Source of the DNA: Octopus vulgaris
Lineage: Eukaryota
Assembly: GCA_951406725.2 (NCBI GenBank)
Contig: OX597821.1
Span: 3,844,001 to 3,908,000, forward strand
Direction: 5' to 3'
DNA length: 64,000 bases
Under the pieces are notes generated by a model. It was not told the origin of the DNA. It did no database searches and worked only from the letters and a program-made list of their open reading frames with translations. A program made the translations under genes and the position numbers. This document shows positions 41,051 through 56,639 of this stretch, in pieces. Position 1 is the stretch's first letter. Every line of letters starts with the position of its first letter.

Positions 41051-41250
41051 TGGCAGAAATGTTAGCACGCCGGGCGAAGTGATTAGCGTTATTTAGTCTA
41101 CCGATACGTTCTGAGTTCAAATAATGCCGAGGTCGACTTTGCCTTTCATCTTTTCGGGTCGATATATTAAGTACCAGTTACGCACTGGGGTCGATGTAAT
41201 TGACTTAATCCCCTCTGTGTTTGGCCCCTTGTGGGCAATAATGCAATAAG
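41051..41250 (+). mobile_element. SINE family A, near full length
   Basis: Collinear with 1829-2054, including the gccccttgtgggcaata tail. Confidence 0.85.
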
Positions 41251-41371
41251 GCACAAGGTTCCAGTATTCTAGAAAATCAGTTGACCTGCTCAAAAGAGCA
41301 GTTAATCTCCCTCAAATAATAAACTATTGTCTCATAACATAAGAACTCACAGTTCACGGTAGTAACTGATC

Positions 41372-41420
<49 letters not shown>

Positions 41421-42334
41421 GTGCACCTCAGGGGGCGAACTACATTATTAGACTAAACATTCTCAGTCAGGCTTCATGTTCAGATTTATATCAGTAACTC
41501 CAAGCTGGAAGTAATCTTTGAATTATAGTAACATATATATTTTGGCTTGCATCTTACGTAGGCTTTCTTGCCAACTGATTCAGTTTCATGAAAGGCTTCT
41601 TGGCCAAAAATATTGCCCAATGGACTTTAGCTGTACCAAATTTTGTGATGGTTATTAGAAGTACTATAGTTTATCACAGAAACCACCATGAAGACCAGAG
41701 ATGAAGATAACGTGTACTTCTACTATTCTGAGTCCATGATTTAAAAAAAAGAGATTTATTGTAATTAGCGATCATGAAACTCTGTATTTTAATATCCTAT
41801 CCAGATATATTTACAAATTACCTAACGTTGATATAAATATACACGAATATCACTCAATCATGTTCACCATGATAAGTGAATTTAGTGTACAATGCCGTCT
41901 ATTGTAGATTTCAAAATGGGCGTTGGTAACTATATCAGCAGTCAAATGTGCAGTGTTATTCTTCACATGCAGTAATTATTTAATAATGGCAGTTTACAAT
42001 GAAGAAGGAAAGAAAACGAAAAGCGTTTTATTCTAACCTTGTTGTAATCGATTTCTCTGCAGACATCTCTATTCTGGTACATCTTTGACTCTTTCAGGTT
42101 TAAATGTTAACAAGTGAATCTTTGCGTAATCATCAGTCAAATTATATAATAGCCACAACGTATCGTTCAAAAGTATCAGAAAGGTTACATTACCTAATGT
42201 GATCCTCTAAGCACATGATCGACTAGACTATCGGATGCTGTTCTACATCGTCGGTCAAAATGCAATTTGCATCGATTAAACTTTCGAATGACGCTATCTC
42301 CCCGGCTAGAAGATGTGTCCAACATTCCACCCGA

Positions 42335-42455
42335 AAGAGGACTGAAACAAAGTGAAATGATGTGTATTGCTCGAGACAACAAGGCACTACCCGTTTTGGG
42401 AATCGAAACCTCGTTCTAGCAATCGTGAGTACAGCTACTTATCCACTAGGTTACT
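42335..42455 (-). mobile_element. Diverged tRNA-derived SINE head related to family C, pointing away from 42567
   Basis: Reverse complement: aacctagtggataag...ggtttcgattccc...ttgttgtctcgagcaatacacatcatttcac. Confidence 0.6.
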
Positions 42456-42566
42456 TATCTTCACAATACCTAATGTGGGCATTGTAAAATATAATTGGAT
42501 GTCATTCGCATCCCTGCATAGAATAGAAACACATTCCATATTTTAGCAAATACTTGTATGTTTCGT

Positions 42567-42900
42567 GAGGGTGCATGGCTCAGTGGATAGAGAGTCGATC
42601 TTAGGACCGTTAGGTTGTGAGTTCGAATTCCAGACAGCGCTGCGTGTTGTGTTTTTGAGCAAGACCCTTTATTTCACGTTGCTCCAGTTCACTCAGCTGT
42701 AAAAATGTGTCGCGACGTAACTGATGCCAAACTGTATCAGCCTTTGCCTTTCCTTTGGATAACATCAGTGGCGTGGAAAGAGGAGGCTGGTATGCACGGA
42801 CGACTGCTGGTCTTCCATAAAGAACCTTGCCCGGACTTGTGATTTGGAGGCTAACTTTCTAGGTGCAATCCCATGGTCATTCATGACCGAAAGGGGTCTT
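42567..42900 (+). mobile_element. tRNA-derived CORE-like SINE family C
   Basis: A-box tggctcagtgg, B-box gagttcgaattcc, CORE-like gtgttgtgtttttgagcaagacccttt, and a distinct 3' tail. Confidence 0.8.
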
Positions 42901-45584
42901 CGAGTATGTTTCAATGAAGTCAGGCACAGATATACAGAGCCTCTGGGACTCCTCATCCTCGATACGCAGAACCCAGCTGACGTGACCTCTGGTTAGAAGG
43001 AAGGCTGCACTAGTAATTATACGGGCAGTAGACCTTAAGAGATGTATATATATTTAGCAACGTAAAGTTATGAATCTGACTCGAGGAAACAACGAGTTGT
43101 CCTGTGCAGGATTTTGCCACCTAGGCAAATGTTTATGAATCAAATAAAGCCTCACTGGCGACTGTCAAGGCACATCTGACAAAATAGGATAATGTGTGAA
43201 ACGCGTATGTTAATAGATAGACACTGACTTGTGACTAATCACAATAATACGAATCTTGCAGGGGCAACGATTCCTCAAGCTAGAAGAATACGCCATACAA
43301 TAATTTAATGATACATAATCGAGAATATTTCACCAGTATGATTACATCTTTAATTGGTTAACTAGACAAGTGTGGGTCCGGGAAAAAGCAAACATTCATT
43401 CAGCTGTGTCTACAATCTGTAACAAATGGAAATCTGTCGATTTTAAAAGTAAATATCCAGTACATTCGAGTAACTGTATTTTTCTACAAGTATGATGAAC
43501 GTGACAGTACAGTCTGTACGCTCGTACGAATTTTACCGTAATTCTCAGGATTAAACACCACCTTAAACACTAGGCCATTCGCTCTCCACAATATGCAGGG
43601 AAAATATCTTAAAACAGTGTCTTTGATAGGTATTCAACACAGTCTCAGTCAAGTTAATTTCAATCTTAATTCACTGTGGTTGACTTATGGCAATAGCAAA
43701 AGGAATTTATCTGATGGAAATGCTACAGAAACCGAAACTAAATTATTGCGAAGTGAACTTGTTAAGTAGACAGCCATGTAACAATCACTCAAAACCCTCT
43801 TCCTTAGCTGCAGCCTTTCCTGCACGTTGTTGCCACCAAACTATCGACGTTTATAATATTTGTCTTGATAAAAGCATATGAAACTAAAAGCTACATCAAA
43901 CAACAGGAAAAACTAACGATGACAACAACAGCAACAACAACAAAGTTTATAAATCTCTTTGAACTCTTGATCAATATATTTTAAACAAGATATATTTCTT
44001 GTGTTTATTTTCCCGTAGAAAACATTGTATAAAGATTAAAGAAAAAGAAGAAAAAAGATAAAAACAGTAAGTCACGTTACACTATTATTTAGATTGTCCA
44101 ACAGTGGGGCAGATTTATCAGAAAATCTTTTGCATTTATCACTTTTATATTCATAACTATTTGACTTTTATATTCTTCATAGCTATTTGCCGTTCACTAC
44201 AAATCACTAAATTATTTTTAGAGTAGCGAATAAAATATTTTGTTAGTGCGTTTCACATCATATTTTTATCTTCATTATCTTAATTAAATTTATGTTATTT
44301 CTTGTCCATGTGCTGAACATAACAAACACGTACGCACTTATACACAACAAACCTCTCTGACGCACATAAACATACAGACAGATTTAGACACACAACCACA
44401 GACTGAGATTCACACTACAAACACTATGAGCCATACACATCACACATTTAAATACGTCGTTCAAAAATAGATACTAAGAGAAAGCTGTCTACACTTTCTT
44501 TTTAAATTGTATTTATAGTAGAAAGGAACTATAAATTGTATAAATTGTAAACGAAGAGCAATGAGTATAAAATACGTTAACTCACGTAAGAACAACAAAA
44601 TTGAACATGCAGAAACGAATCATTTCTAAACATATTGCAAACATGTTAAGATATATTTGAAAAGAAAAAGCAGGAGGTGTAGGTTCTGAGATTTTAGTCA
44701 CGAATATTTTGTATCTTACTGCGTTCTATTGTATTATGCGATTTGGTGGAGCTCTTATACCCAAGAGGGATGCAAAAAAACAAAGATAAAAGATGAGCTA
44801 AATATATAGATGCTGCTGTATCTATTGCTCGATGTAAAGTGTTATATTAAGACATTTACAGAAGCTATCACATGTGTGTCTTACTTTCAACATCAGACAC
44901 AACGAAATGAACGAGAAAGTTTCATAGTCTGTTCGCTAGTTTTAAGAACCAAACTTCATCAAATAGCAAGTACTTGCTTTAATAAAGATGTATGAATATA
45001 TCAAAAAATGAATACATGCATGTAACATGGCCTGCTTGAAATAACAACCAAATGTGCATCAAACGTTTTCTTCCTGTTTACTGACACAAGATGCGCATTG
45101 TCTGATGGAAGCCGAGATCAAAGATGCACGAGAGGGGTGGTAGAATTTGGTTAGAATGCTAGTTATTTTTGTTCACTTTAGGCAAGAGACATGAATCTAA
45201 ACCCTTTCAAACTAAACCATAACATGTTCTGAACCATAACATATTCTAACCCCCCTCCCCTTCCAGACTAATATTATGGAGGAATTATGTCATTCACAAA
45301 CTGAAGTACTATCTCAAATTCTTGCAACAGACTAGCATCCAGCAAAGGTATCTGATGTGGTGTTGTTAAAATGAGTAATGAAATGAATATTTGAGTTCAA
45401 ATCACCTCACGACAACCTGTAGTATTTCTCACACCAGTTTTGATAATAGCCAAGAACTCTTATCAGTTAAACTAATTTGGCGTCTGCACAGTAAACTTGA
45501 AATAATTAGCAACAACTATGTATGTGTGTCTGTATGACTAAAAGCATGTATGTTCCTATATACATACATGCATACATACGCGAA

Positions 45585-45638
<54 letters not shown>

Positions 45639-45665
45639 ATTTATTTATTTATATATATACATACT

Positions 45666-45790
<125 letters not shown>

Positions 45791-47573
45791 CAGTATATGA
45801 TTTAACTTAATAAACACAGTACAACAAATACATTCATATTTATGTAATGGAGGACATTAGATGTTAAAATGGATTATAGTTTTTACTTTTCATGTTGCTA
45901 TACAATTTGTTTCTTGCAAAATACTCAGATATTCATAAATAGAATGACGTCATAAACATATTTGTATACGTCTGTCGCTGATATGAAAACTAAAAACGAC
46001 GTTAGAAGTACATAGATCTTCTCTTAGTTACATTTTAGAATCGTTCCATTCGTTCTCGTAGTCATATACACCACCCTAACATGATTACCAAGAGAAAATC
46101 TATGTACTTCTATCGTAATTTCTAGTTTTTATATAAGCTACTGACGAGTACAAATGTGACTATTACGATGTTCTATTTGTGAATATCTCAATCTTTTTGT
46201 ATGAAACAAATTGTATAGCAACATGAAAAATATAAAAAAACTATAAGCCATTTTAACATTTAAACTCCGCCATTACATAAATATGAATAAACTTGTTGAT
46301 CTGTGTTTCGTCAGTTATATCATATACTGATTATTTCTATATACCTCTTCATACCTCTACGGATTTATATAACTAAATTCAAAATTAAAGTTTGAAGAAA
46401 AGACATTGGAAATATTTGGAAATATATCCAGTTAAAGGACGAACTCACATTCATCCGTTAAAAAATATATATCAAAAATACATATATGCATGTATATATA
46501 TATATATATATGTTATATATAGAGAGAGATTTGCATGTATGTATGTATGAATGTATGTAAGTATATATGTATTATATAATGTCAGGGCATTTTTTAAGTT
46601 TTTCATGAGCGTTGTTGAACCAAAACACATTTCGTTAGGTTTCCTGAGCGTTTCTTTTTGATAGCCTTTAGTAAATGCCTCAAGAATTTGACATAGAACT
46701 CCCCGACTCCCTTGCAGATGAAACGGCCATAGCCTCATTTGAAGCTACCGGACCTATTGAAAGGACAGGTGAACCCGATGCAAGTTCACTGGTTACCTAG
46801 CAATAGAACAGACCATCCATAATCCTGAGTTGGTGACCAGCGTGTTGGAAGACTACTTGAACTGAGAAACACTTTAGATTGTGTTACAGCATTTCTATAA
46901 GTGGTCACTCTTATATAAAACCAGGTATTCAGGGCATGGGATTGAACATTTTTTTTGCTTGCGTTTGGGATCATCAGGATCCTGCATTTCTGAACATGAG
47001 ACCCATATTAGTACTGAATATATTTCCCAGACATGTCTCGAGATCATATCAATATGGCAGAGAGTGTCATATATATATATATATATATAATGGCCTTCCC
47101 GCCAAATTTAGGTTGTAAAATCATCGGCGCGGTGACTATCTGAAGCCAACTCGTGTAAGAGGGTTCCACCACTTGCATCGAAGCTAGGCTAACCGAACCA
47201 AGGGAAGCCAACAGCCGAGGCATTAATCTCTTGCACGAGCATTGCTGACATTGTGCATGGGTAATTGTCATTCTGTGTCCTCCTCGGTCGGCAGCGTGAG
47301 AGCCATCATGTATATATATTCGCTGCTTTCTTCCAAGGAATCTAATGCTCTTAGCTTATTTTTTCTTTGGGGCTGGCCAGATTGGAGCAATCTCGTGTAT
47401 AACAGGGACGAAATTTCAAAGATAATCTGGAACTCGACTGAGGATAGAAATCTCCGAATGACCTGTCCTTGTTTTCCTTGTATCGTCTGTCTGGATATTT
47501 TATTCTCTCTTTTTTGCTTCACCTTAACTGTCTGGAAGTTTTGCGTTCTTGTCCCATTTTCGTATTTGATATA

Positions 47574-47633
<60 letters not shown>

Positions 47634-49321
47634 CTCACATTCATTCATTCATACATTTGTTTTTTCTATCAATATCATTTTTTCTTTCATTTTCATCTAC
47701 TTTCAGCTCACGAGCTGTGGCCATGCTGGGGCTCCGCCATTCAAAAAGACGGGAAACTACGGATACATATATATATATATATTCCTCATACGAATATTTT
47801 ACGCAAATAATGTAATACAATCTTTTTCTTTGAATTTAAGTGCGCGTAAGTGTTCATCTCCATAGTTATGTATTTACACTGATGTAGATGTTGTCGAGTC
47901 GGATAAATGCCGCGCTAAAGGTATTGTTGTATTGTCTGCTGTGCTCTTAATCGAGCCAAATCTCCACTTTTCTATGTATTATAATCGACATGAAATATCC
48001 AGCGTTATCTCACTGTTTCACTCTTACCAAAAAGTTAATTTCTTTTTTGTGCTCTTCTTCATATAAGCTACTTTTATGAGCAGCAACTTTCGATCATTGC
48101 ATTCATCGCCCAACTGACGGAGATCCACTTTAATGCTACAACATATTATTTTAGGAGCATACTAAACAAGATATGGGGAATGTGTAAATAAGTAAACACA
48201 AAGCAAAAGAAACAAAAATGTAAACATTAATTACAGTGCGATTATCATAGATCTAGATGAAAGTGATAGACCATATTTTTGGGGTGTATTTTCGTAAAAA
48301 CCTATTATAAATATATTTGCACATATTGGAAAAGTTGTTTAAAATAAATATCAATTTGTAATGTTTTTTAGAAATGCAATAAAGTAATTTATTATATTAC
48401 GTCTCTTAATAGTCAGTATATATATATATATATATTGTAAATGGATTTCTTCTCTTTATTTATATATTTTATAGTTACTATTTTCGTAATTGTGTTCATG
48501 TACACAATATCCACGTTAACTACATCATGAAAATTTCAAGGGAGAGTCATATACGTTTATGCACTATTTATGGAATAATATCGAAGTTGCATGCAAATGT
48601 GTTTATATTCATATAAACCTTCTTCATAGCATCAAATCATTTACGAAGCATTTAAATATGCTCTTCTTCAAAGTTTTTATTTTATTTTTCACACACTTTT
48701 AGCAGAACACACAAACAAACACACACACATACATACACAAATGTATATATATATATATTTATTTATAGGCTAGCAATGGATTCCAATGTACGTAGATAAG
48801 TAAGTATATATATATATTGATATATACTTAGATATATGTACATGCGCGCGTGTGTTTGAGTGTGTGTGTGTGTGTGAGTGTGTATGTGTGTGTGCGTGTG
48901 TCTGTGTGTGTGTGTTCGCGTGCGTATGCATACATTGTGTATGCGTGTAAATTTTAAAATAAAGATAGAAAACACAATTAGGAAACTGGAATGTAAATTT
49001 TTCCAGGGGCTGATAATGCTACAGCAGTTACTCAGAAATAAATATGCATTTATCTATCTATATATATATATATATATATTCATCTATCTTTCTGTCTATC
49101 TATTTATCCATATCCACACATACATATATATATATATATACATCCATCCATACATACATACATACATACAGATGTACATGTATGTATGTATGTATGTATG
49201 TATGTATGTATGTATGTATGTATGTATGTATGTATTTATGTATGTATGTATGTATGTATGTATGTGTGCGCGTGTATGAAAATGTACATGTACAATGTCT
49301 ATGTATATTTACATGTACATA

Positions 49322-49354
<33 letters not shown>

Positions 49355-50676
49355 TTAAACTCACACACACTCACACACACACACACATATATATATACAT
49401 ATATATATAGATAAATATATATATATATATAAACGTGTATCTATATATACATATATATATATGTATATATGCTTATCCATATCCATGCATATGTACACAT
49501 ACACTCACACATATATATGTGCTCAAATATACATACAAACGTGTATGAATGTATGAACATTTCTACGTGTATATGTTCCTATGTTTGCATGTACGGATGT
49601 GTAGACCTAAACGCTAAGTATAATTGAAGTAAATAAAAATTTATTTAAAAGCGTTCAGCGAAAAGTTACCCGAAATACTTATTGTATCATTGAAATGAAA
49701 TAACTTTCGTTCGCTTTCAGCGATTCTTTGATATATGGTGGAATATTTACTACCCGATATGAGATACATAAACTAATATTATTGTATATTTTAAAAGGGA
49801 AATTTGAATGTTTTCAATAATTTATGACATGAACAGCCGAGGTTTTGTTTCATATTGCCATTTTCGCTTCCTACATATTTTTTAGCTTTTCAAATATTCT
49901 AGCAAAATTTTCCATATTTCTTGCCTTTATTCTGTTTCATTAATATTTCTCTGATTGCTCATCTCTTTTCCCTTGAATCATATTTACTTCTCGTTCTGTT
50001 GAAATGTATTTATGTAATTCAAATTATCTATGAAATATATTACGTGAGAATCAATGTGTGTCTGTCTGTCTCTTTGTCTATCTGACTGCTTATGTATGTA
50101 TGTATGTATGTATGTATGTATGTATGTATGTATGTATATATGTATGTACGTATGCACATATGAATGTATGTATGTCATTATTCACTCTTATTTCAAGATT
50201 TCTTGCCAGTGGAGAACGAGCCGGTTTCTAACCTAGATCCAATATCTTTCATTTGAATTTCACCTACATTGACATGGTATTTTTGCAGTTATGTGAGTAT
50301 ATGTTCAGTATTTGGAGTCAGTGCAGGTTCAAAATTGTATGTTTTGTTTTATCTATGTATTTTCATGCATACATTTTGATATCTAGACGTGCTCATGTAT
50401 ATAAAATTTTACAGGTTTTGACAGTTCCAGTGATGAGTTAGATCTGTAGACTTCGAATCATCTTACATCTTTCTGATTCTCAGAAGACTAATTTCACAAG
50501 ATTTAGTAATTAGGCAGTGTGTTACATATGCCAATAATTCAGCGTAGTTATTTCCTTTCTCGCTGATCTTTAGCTATATAATAACATCCGCTTCACACCT
50601 GATTTGCATAACTGTACAACGTTTCTCTCTTCAATCCGAAATCATTATGTCAGGTCTATGTATGTATGTATATATA

Positions 50677-50733
<57 letters not shown>

Positions 50734-51230
50734 GTACGCCTCTGTCAGAAAATAAGAAAATATGTTATTATTATCATTATTATCATAATTATTTTGGTTT
50801 GGAACATGTTCGGTCTTATTCCTGGCAGGAATTATGTGGATAGCGAGTTATTAACTGTATCCTTAGATATCCATAAGTTTTCATCAGTCTTTCAACTGGT
50901 TTGGACTCTCCTGATAATCCTTGCTGTCCCTAAGAGAAACTTTCAGTAGGGGCTCACATTTCGATGTGGCAATTATAATAAGAGAAACCTATCTCTTGTT
51001 AGTTCGTAGCTTTCAGCTCCACGGTATCTGATCCCGAAGAAAAATATACATACGAAATGCTGACATCTATCAGTCCGGTTAGGGCACTCTTCAAGCTGAC
51101 TCTGACTGTTTACACCTAAGTGTCTCCTGCGACAGAGTTTTCTCCGTGATAATATACGATGAATAGCTTTCTTACAGACACGAACATGCCTCACATCTAT
51201 TTGAACTGGCAAGAAGTTTGTATACATACA

Positions 51231-51266
<36 letters not shown>

Positions 51267-51789
51267 AGTGCGCGGACACACACACACGCACACACAGATA
51301 TATTGATATATATTGATTCATGAGTTGTGAGTTCAGATTTCACCTAGGTAGATTTATTTTTCGTCAGACTTTGACAAGAATGTGTGTGTTTGTGTGTGTG
51401 CGTCTGCCTGTCTCTCTGTCACTCTGATTAGGTGCATGTGTGTGTGTGAATATATGAATCATTTACATGATTGTTCAGCACGCCGAATCTTTGCTGTCAT
51501 TATCAATACTAATTTTGTAAAGAATAATAGAAGAAAATATGCTAAGAAAGTATCTAGTAATCCTTCGGTAAAAAAAATAGTCTCTCTTATAACTTAACAT
51601 CAAAGCAAACATTATCCTATACGCACATCCTTGTACACGCGCACACACATACACACACACACACACATTCTCACACACATTCTCATGCACACATACGCAC
51701 ACACACATACAAGCATTTTTACAGATATCCATCTATCCATCTATCTATTTATCTATCTATCCATCTCACCTTGAGCATAATCCTATGAA

Positions 51790-52127
51790 CACGGAAAATT
51801 TAAAACAGAGGGTTACCTACTGGCAAACAAATGTGGTAACGTGTAACATTACTTACCGAGGTTACCGTGGGTTTTTCCGTAGGCTTTTCTTCCCACAGAT
51901 AAACCTTATCTACTTCCCCCTTTATACTTTACATCATGACACTGTGATACACGATCCCCATTGATCGTTTTTTCCCTTTTTTCTTTTCTTCTTTCCCTTT
52001 TACGATCCCTTTTTGATCGAAATCCTACCCCACCCTTTTCTTCTTGTTTTTTCTCTCCCCCAAAAAGAAAAGCTCTACTTTATAATCTGTCCTGTCTGTG
52101 TGCAGCCCTGAGTGGCTAATAAAGAAA
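51790..52127 (+). mobile_element. Probable LINE 3'UTR
   Basis: Pyrimidine-rich stretch ending gcagccctgagtggctAATAAAgaaa, similar to the SINE A tail. Confidence 0.45.
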
Positions 52128-53543
52128 CATATTTATCTCTGTGAGTGTGTGCGTGTGTGTGTATTTATATATTACTTAAGCATACGTAGTCGAATGTTCA
52201 AAAGATCACGCCCTGGAACTACGTGTTGTTCATTCGGTGGTACTGCTTCACTTATAGAAGCTCACCGATTCTTTTCATCCAGATATGATCACCCACTCAA
52301 AATTCATTTATATGAATGGTGACCGCAGTACTTGAGACTTGTCACCCTCTGGTATGGGGACTGGCATTTTCTTCAATCTCTCATTCACTCAGTTTTTTTT
52401 TATTGCAACCTTTCACTTCGTAACAGAACGCAGCTCAGTTAACTATAATCGTTTTGTTCTTGTACACTTCTACAATGATAATATTCTACGTTATATGTGC
52501 GTATTTCCTATTATTTGTGTAGTGTAATATACTGCCAAACCTCTATATATAATTTTGCAGATATTCTATTTCTTCGACAATTTTTGTCAATACTTTGAGT
52601 TGTCCCTGAGGCACTATTATTATAGAGATTAATTTGGGATTTATTTCCCAGTTCATCTAAAGAGACATTATCGGATTTAAGATGTATTCCCTTTCTCAGT
52701 TTCCGTGATAATAATACCTACTTCTAACATGTGTGGGTTGGCTAATAAATTGTACAGATTTATAAAGTAGAAAATTGTATTTTCATTTAGAAAACAGAAA
52801 TTTTCACTTTAATTTTCTTTTCTTTCGTTTTTGTCTCAATAATTTTCACTTTAAGTTGTTTTGTTTTTCGTTTATTTTATTTTTCAAGAGTAGTGTGGGG
52901 AGAATCGGGACATTTGTAATCAGTCAGCGACCGTTTTGAATGTTTCAAGCAAACTGAATTACACGGAAGACAACCAAGTACCACATATCTTCTCCCAGAA
53001 TACAAAACACAACGACCGGGAATAGAAGCCACTAGGAATACCCCTTGAAGTCTACGTAACACTCCAATACACAGATACATCGCCGAACATGAAGGGAAGG
53101 AAAGCAATCTTAATTTCAGTGGGAACCGAACACAGCGCATAGCAAATCGGTATAATTTATTGCTAAGGCAATTTGTCCTACGCCCTTACGATTCTGTCTT
53201 TTCGTCCCCTTAAGCATGGTCATTATGACATTCGACGAATGATTTTCTATGTACATTTATACAACCTCTTTACTGTTTGTATTCTGTGCCAGCATAACTT
53301 CCAGTGTTCTGAAGCCCTGAAATTGTCATGCTCATAAACGTAATATTTCCTAGTTAATACCGGGCAGTTAGAGACAATGCGCTTAATTGTTTCTCTCTAA
53401 CTACCACATATTATGCATTTACTTAATGTGTTCCGCTTCATTACATGCTTTTGGTGGTTTCGGTTATGAAGGCTTTGATCTTGTACAGCAATGAAGTACT
53501 ATCATCATCATCATCATCATCATCGTTGTTGTTGTTGTGGTTT

Positions 53544-53602
<59 letters not shown>

Positions 53603-54113
53603 GTTATTATTATTAGCTGGTGTTGTTTTGTTGCCTTCTGTGCGTAGTCTTGTATTATCGGACTCCTTAAGAAATAGGAAATCATTATGGGACTCCTTAG
53701 GAAATACGAAAAAAATTACCTCATGTGAAAAGTATCTTTTATTATATTTATACCAGGACATAGCTTTGATATTCTGTGTTCATCTGCCTCAACATAGACA
53801 TGACAAAAATGTTGTTTGACATTCATTGATATTTTATCATTTCTTTTGTTTTTTCATGATTATCTTGTATAATTCCTGGAGATGTTAGTTGTTTTCAACG
53901 TGCACCTTATGCATGCAATGAACTTAACAATTTTTAGTTAAGAATTTACTTAACAATTTGCTTTGTATCTCCACCAATATGAGACTTAAATGTTTATACA
54001 TTGCGCAGCTTCCATTCTTAGATTTCATGTTAAATACTTCTTTTCTAGTAATGTCGATTCCATTCTTTTGCTTTCAATTTTTACAATTTAGCTCTGTTAA
54101 ATTTGAATCCATG

Positions 54114-54372
54114 TGGAGGCTCGTGGCCTAGTGGTTAGAGCATCGGACTCACGGTCGAGGGATCGCGGGTTCGAATCTCAGACCGGGCAATGTGTGTGTT
54201 TATGAGCTAAACAGCTAAGCTCCACGCATCTCGAGCGGAAGGTAACGGCGAACTTCTGCTGACTCCGCCATAACTATCTCTTACTCTTTCCTCCTGTATC
54301 TTGCAGCTCACCTGCGACGGACCGGCGTCCCGTCCAAGTAGGCAAAACCAGCCCTTATGAGCCAGCCCTTAT
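54114..54372 (+). mobile_element. tRNA-derived SINE family D with a V/Meta-domain-like motif
   Basis: A-box tggcctagtgg, B-box ggttcgaatct, downstream cctgcgacggaccggcgtcccgtcca. The acceptor stem is imperfect, so this is not a functional tRNA. Confidence 0.75.
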
Positions 54373-54659
54373 AGTAGATATGACAGAATATTTCCTTGAA
54401 ATATTCCTTTTCGATTACTATCTCTAAGTTATAACCACCTTATGAGTCTTCTCAGTCTCACGGTGGCATGTTCTCACTCCAAGATTATTACTTGATGCTA
54501 TAGGCTATTTTGAATATCTTTAAATATATTATGATACAAAAATGGGGGATTGTTTTTGAAGTATTTAGTTAATCAATCCAGGTTATACCGACCACATGCT
54601 GTCTTTTTACACCACATCTAAGTTGGCCTTTTCTACCAATTCGCTTTTGCATTATTTCC

Positions 54660-54980
54660 TTCTCCTACTAACTTTCCTTCTCATAGCAACTTTTCTTCTA
54701 GCAACTTTCCGTCTTCTAACAACTTTCCTTCTCCTAGCAAATTTTCTTCTAGCAACTTTCTTTCTTCTAGCAACTTTCTCCTAGCAACTTTCTTTCTCCT
54801 AGCAACTTTCCTTCTTCTTGCAACTTTCCTTATTCTAGCAACTTTCCATCTTCTAGCAAATTTCCTTCTCCTAGCAACTTTCCTTCTTCTAACAACTTTC
54901 CTTCACCTAGCAACTGTCCTTCTTCTAGCAACTTTCCTTCTTCTAGCAACTTCCTTCCTCCTAGCGACTTTTCTTCTCCT
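54660..54980. repeat. 18-bp minisatellite (CTAGCAACTTTCCTTCTT)n, about 17 diverged copies
   Basis: Direct reading. Followed by (TAG)n at about 55017-55135. Confidence 0.92.
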
Positions 54981-55015
54981 ATGAAGTAACAGTAGTTGGA
55001 GTTGTTCCTGTTGCT

Positions 55016-55136
<121 letters not shown>

Positions 55137-55642
55137 AGAGGAGGAGGAGGAGAAGAGTGGAGGAAGAAGAGAAGAGTGGAGGAGGAAGAGCAGAGTGGTG
55201 GAATATGAAGAGGAGGAGTGTAGAGAAAGACAAATGAGCGGAGGTATTGGAAACGAGACACTTTGTATGTGTTCGTGAAATGTCTTAGTCACCATCTGAT
55301 ATGAAACACTCTCAAAGTCTAAACATACACGACAGAATGTTTTAATAAATGTTCTGTAGTTTCTGATGATGTTTCGTTTCTTTTCTTCTCACCTCCTCGA
55401 TCGATTTGGTTAAATGATTTCTCAGCTAAGCACACAAGTGGATGTTCCGCATCACTTCATTGTTTAAACAAGCTAAGGCTATTTTCTCACCTTTGCCAAC
55501 CGATGAAGAAAACAAACTGACAACTGTCTACTGCAGCGTTTACATATTTCCTCATTATCTAGGTAACATTAGACCATCTATGCAAATATCTGCAAGCAAA
55601 TGTAATTATTTAGTTTCAATTAAAAAAAAACTATTTCTCTCA

Positions 55643-55720
<78 letters not shown>

Positions 55721-55961
55721 GGTATGTATATATATGTATGTATCGCTCTCTGTTTCCCTCTCAGTCTCTTTATATATGTGTGTGCGTGTGTGTTTCTATG
55801 TGTTTGTGCCTGTATCTATATATGTATATGTGTATGTGCGAATGTGTCTATGTTTTCAGGTATAGTAGGCACACATACATTTGCACACACACGTTTCCAT
55901 GTCTCTTGGCATATATTCCTTATATAATCTCTTACATTCATCATCTCAGTATGTTACTCTT

Positions 55962-55994
<33 letters not shown>

Positions 55995-56018
55995 ATCTGG
56001 CTCTCTTTCCTTTTCTCG

Positions 56019-56061
<43 letters not shown>

Positions 56062-56328
56062 CTTCTCTCGTTCTTTCTCACACTCATCGACATCGAATTT
56101 CATTCTAAATACGATATGGCATGAAATACTTGAACACAGAATTCTGGTAAACAAATGCAATCGAGATATCAGACACTTCCATTACCATACACACATAAGT
56201 CACACGAATTAATTAAGATGGTTAATTAAAACATGACATGCAACAAATTTAAGCATACAATAGAAATGAATAATCGAAAAAGTTTGGGTTCTTAACTAAC
56301 TTTGTTTAATTTATGCTAATTACACAGC

Positions 56329-56408
<80 letters not shown>

Positions 56409-56604
56409 TGCTCACATACATGTATGTATAAATAAATAGATAGATAGGCACACACACATATGAATACATGTGTATATGTGTATAAATATATATATGCATA
56501 TACGTAAGATCTTGTATGCAAGTATATATTTATATGCATATATACATATAAGTTTCAATATATACACACATTTACATATACATGTATGCGTGTGTATATA
56601 TATA

Positions 56605-56639
<35 letters not shown>

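Noticed and set aside
54114-54190. Apparent tRNA gene
   Set aside because: The acceptor stem does not pair, there is no T-run terminator, and it continues into a SINE body. The same applies to 40198 and 42567.
54830-54980. LLEEGK peptide repeat
   Set aside because: It is the translation of an 18-bp minisatellite with frame-breaking indels between units.
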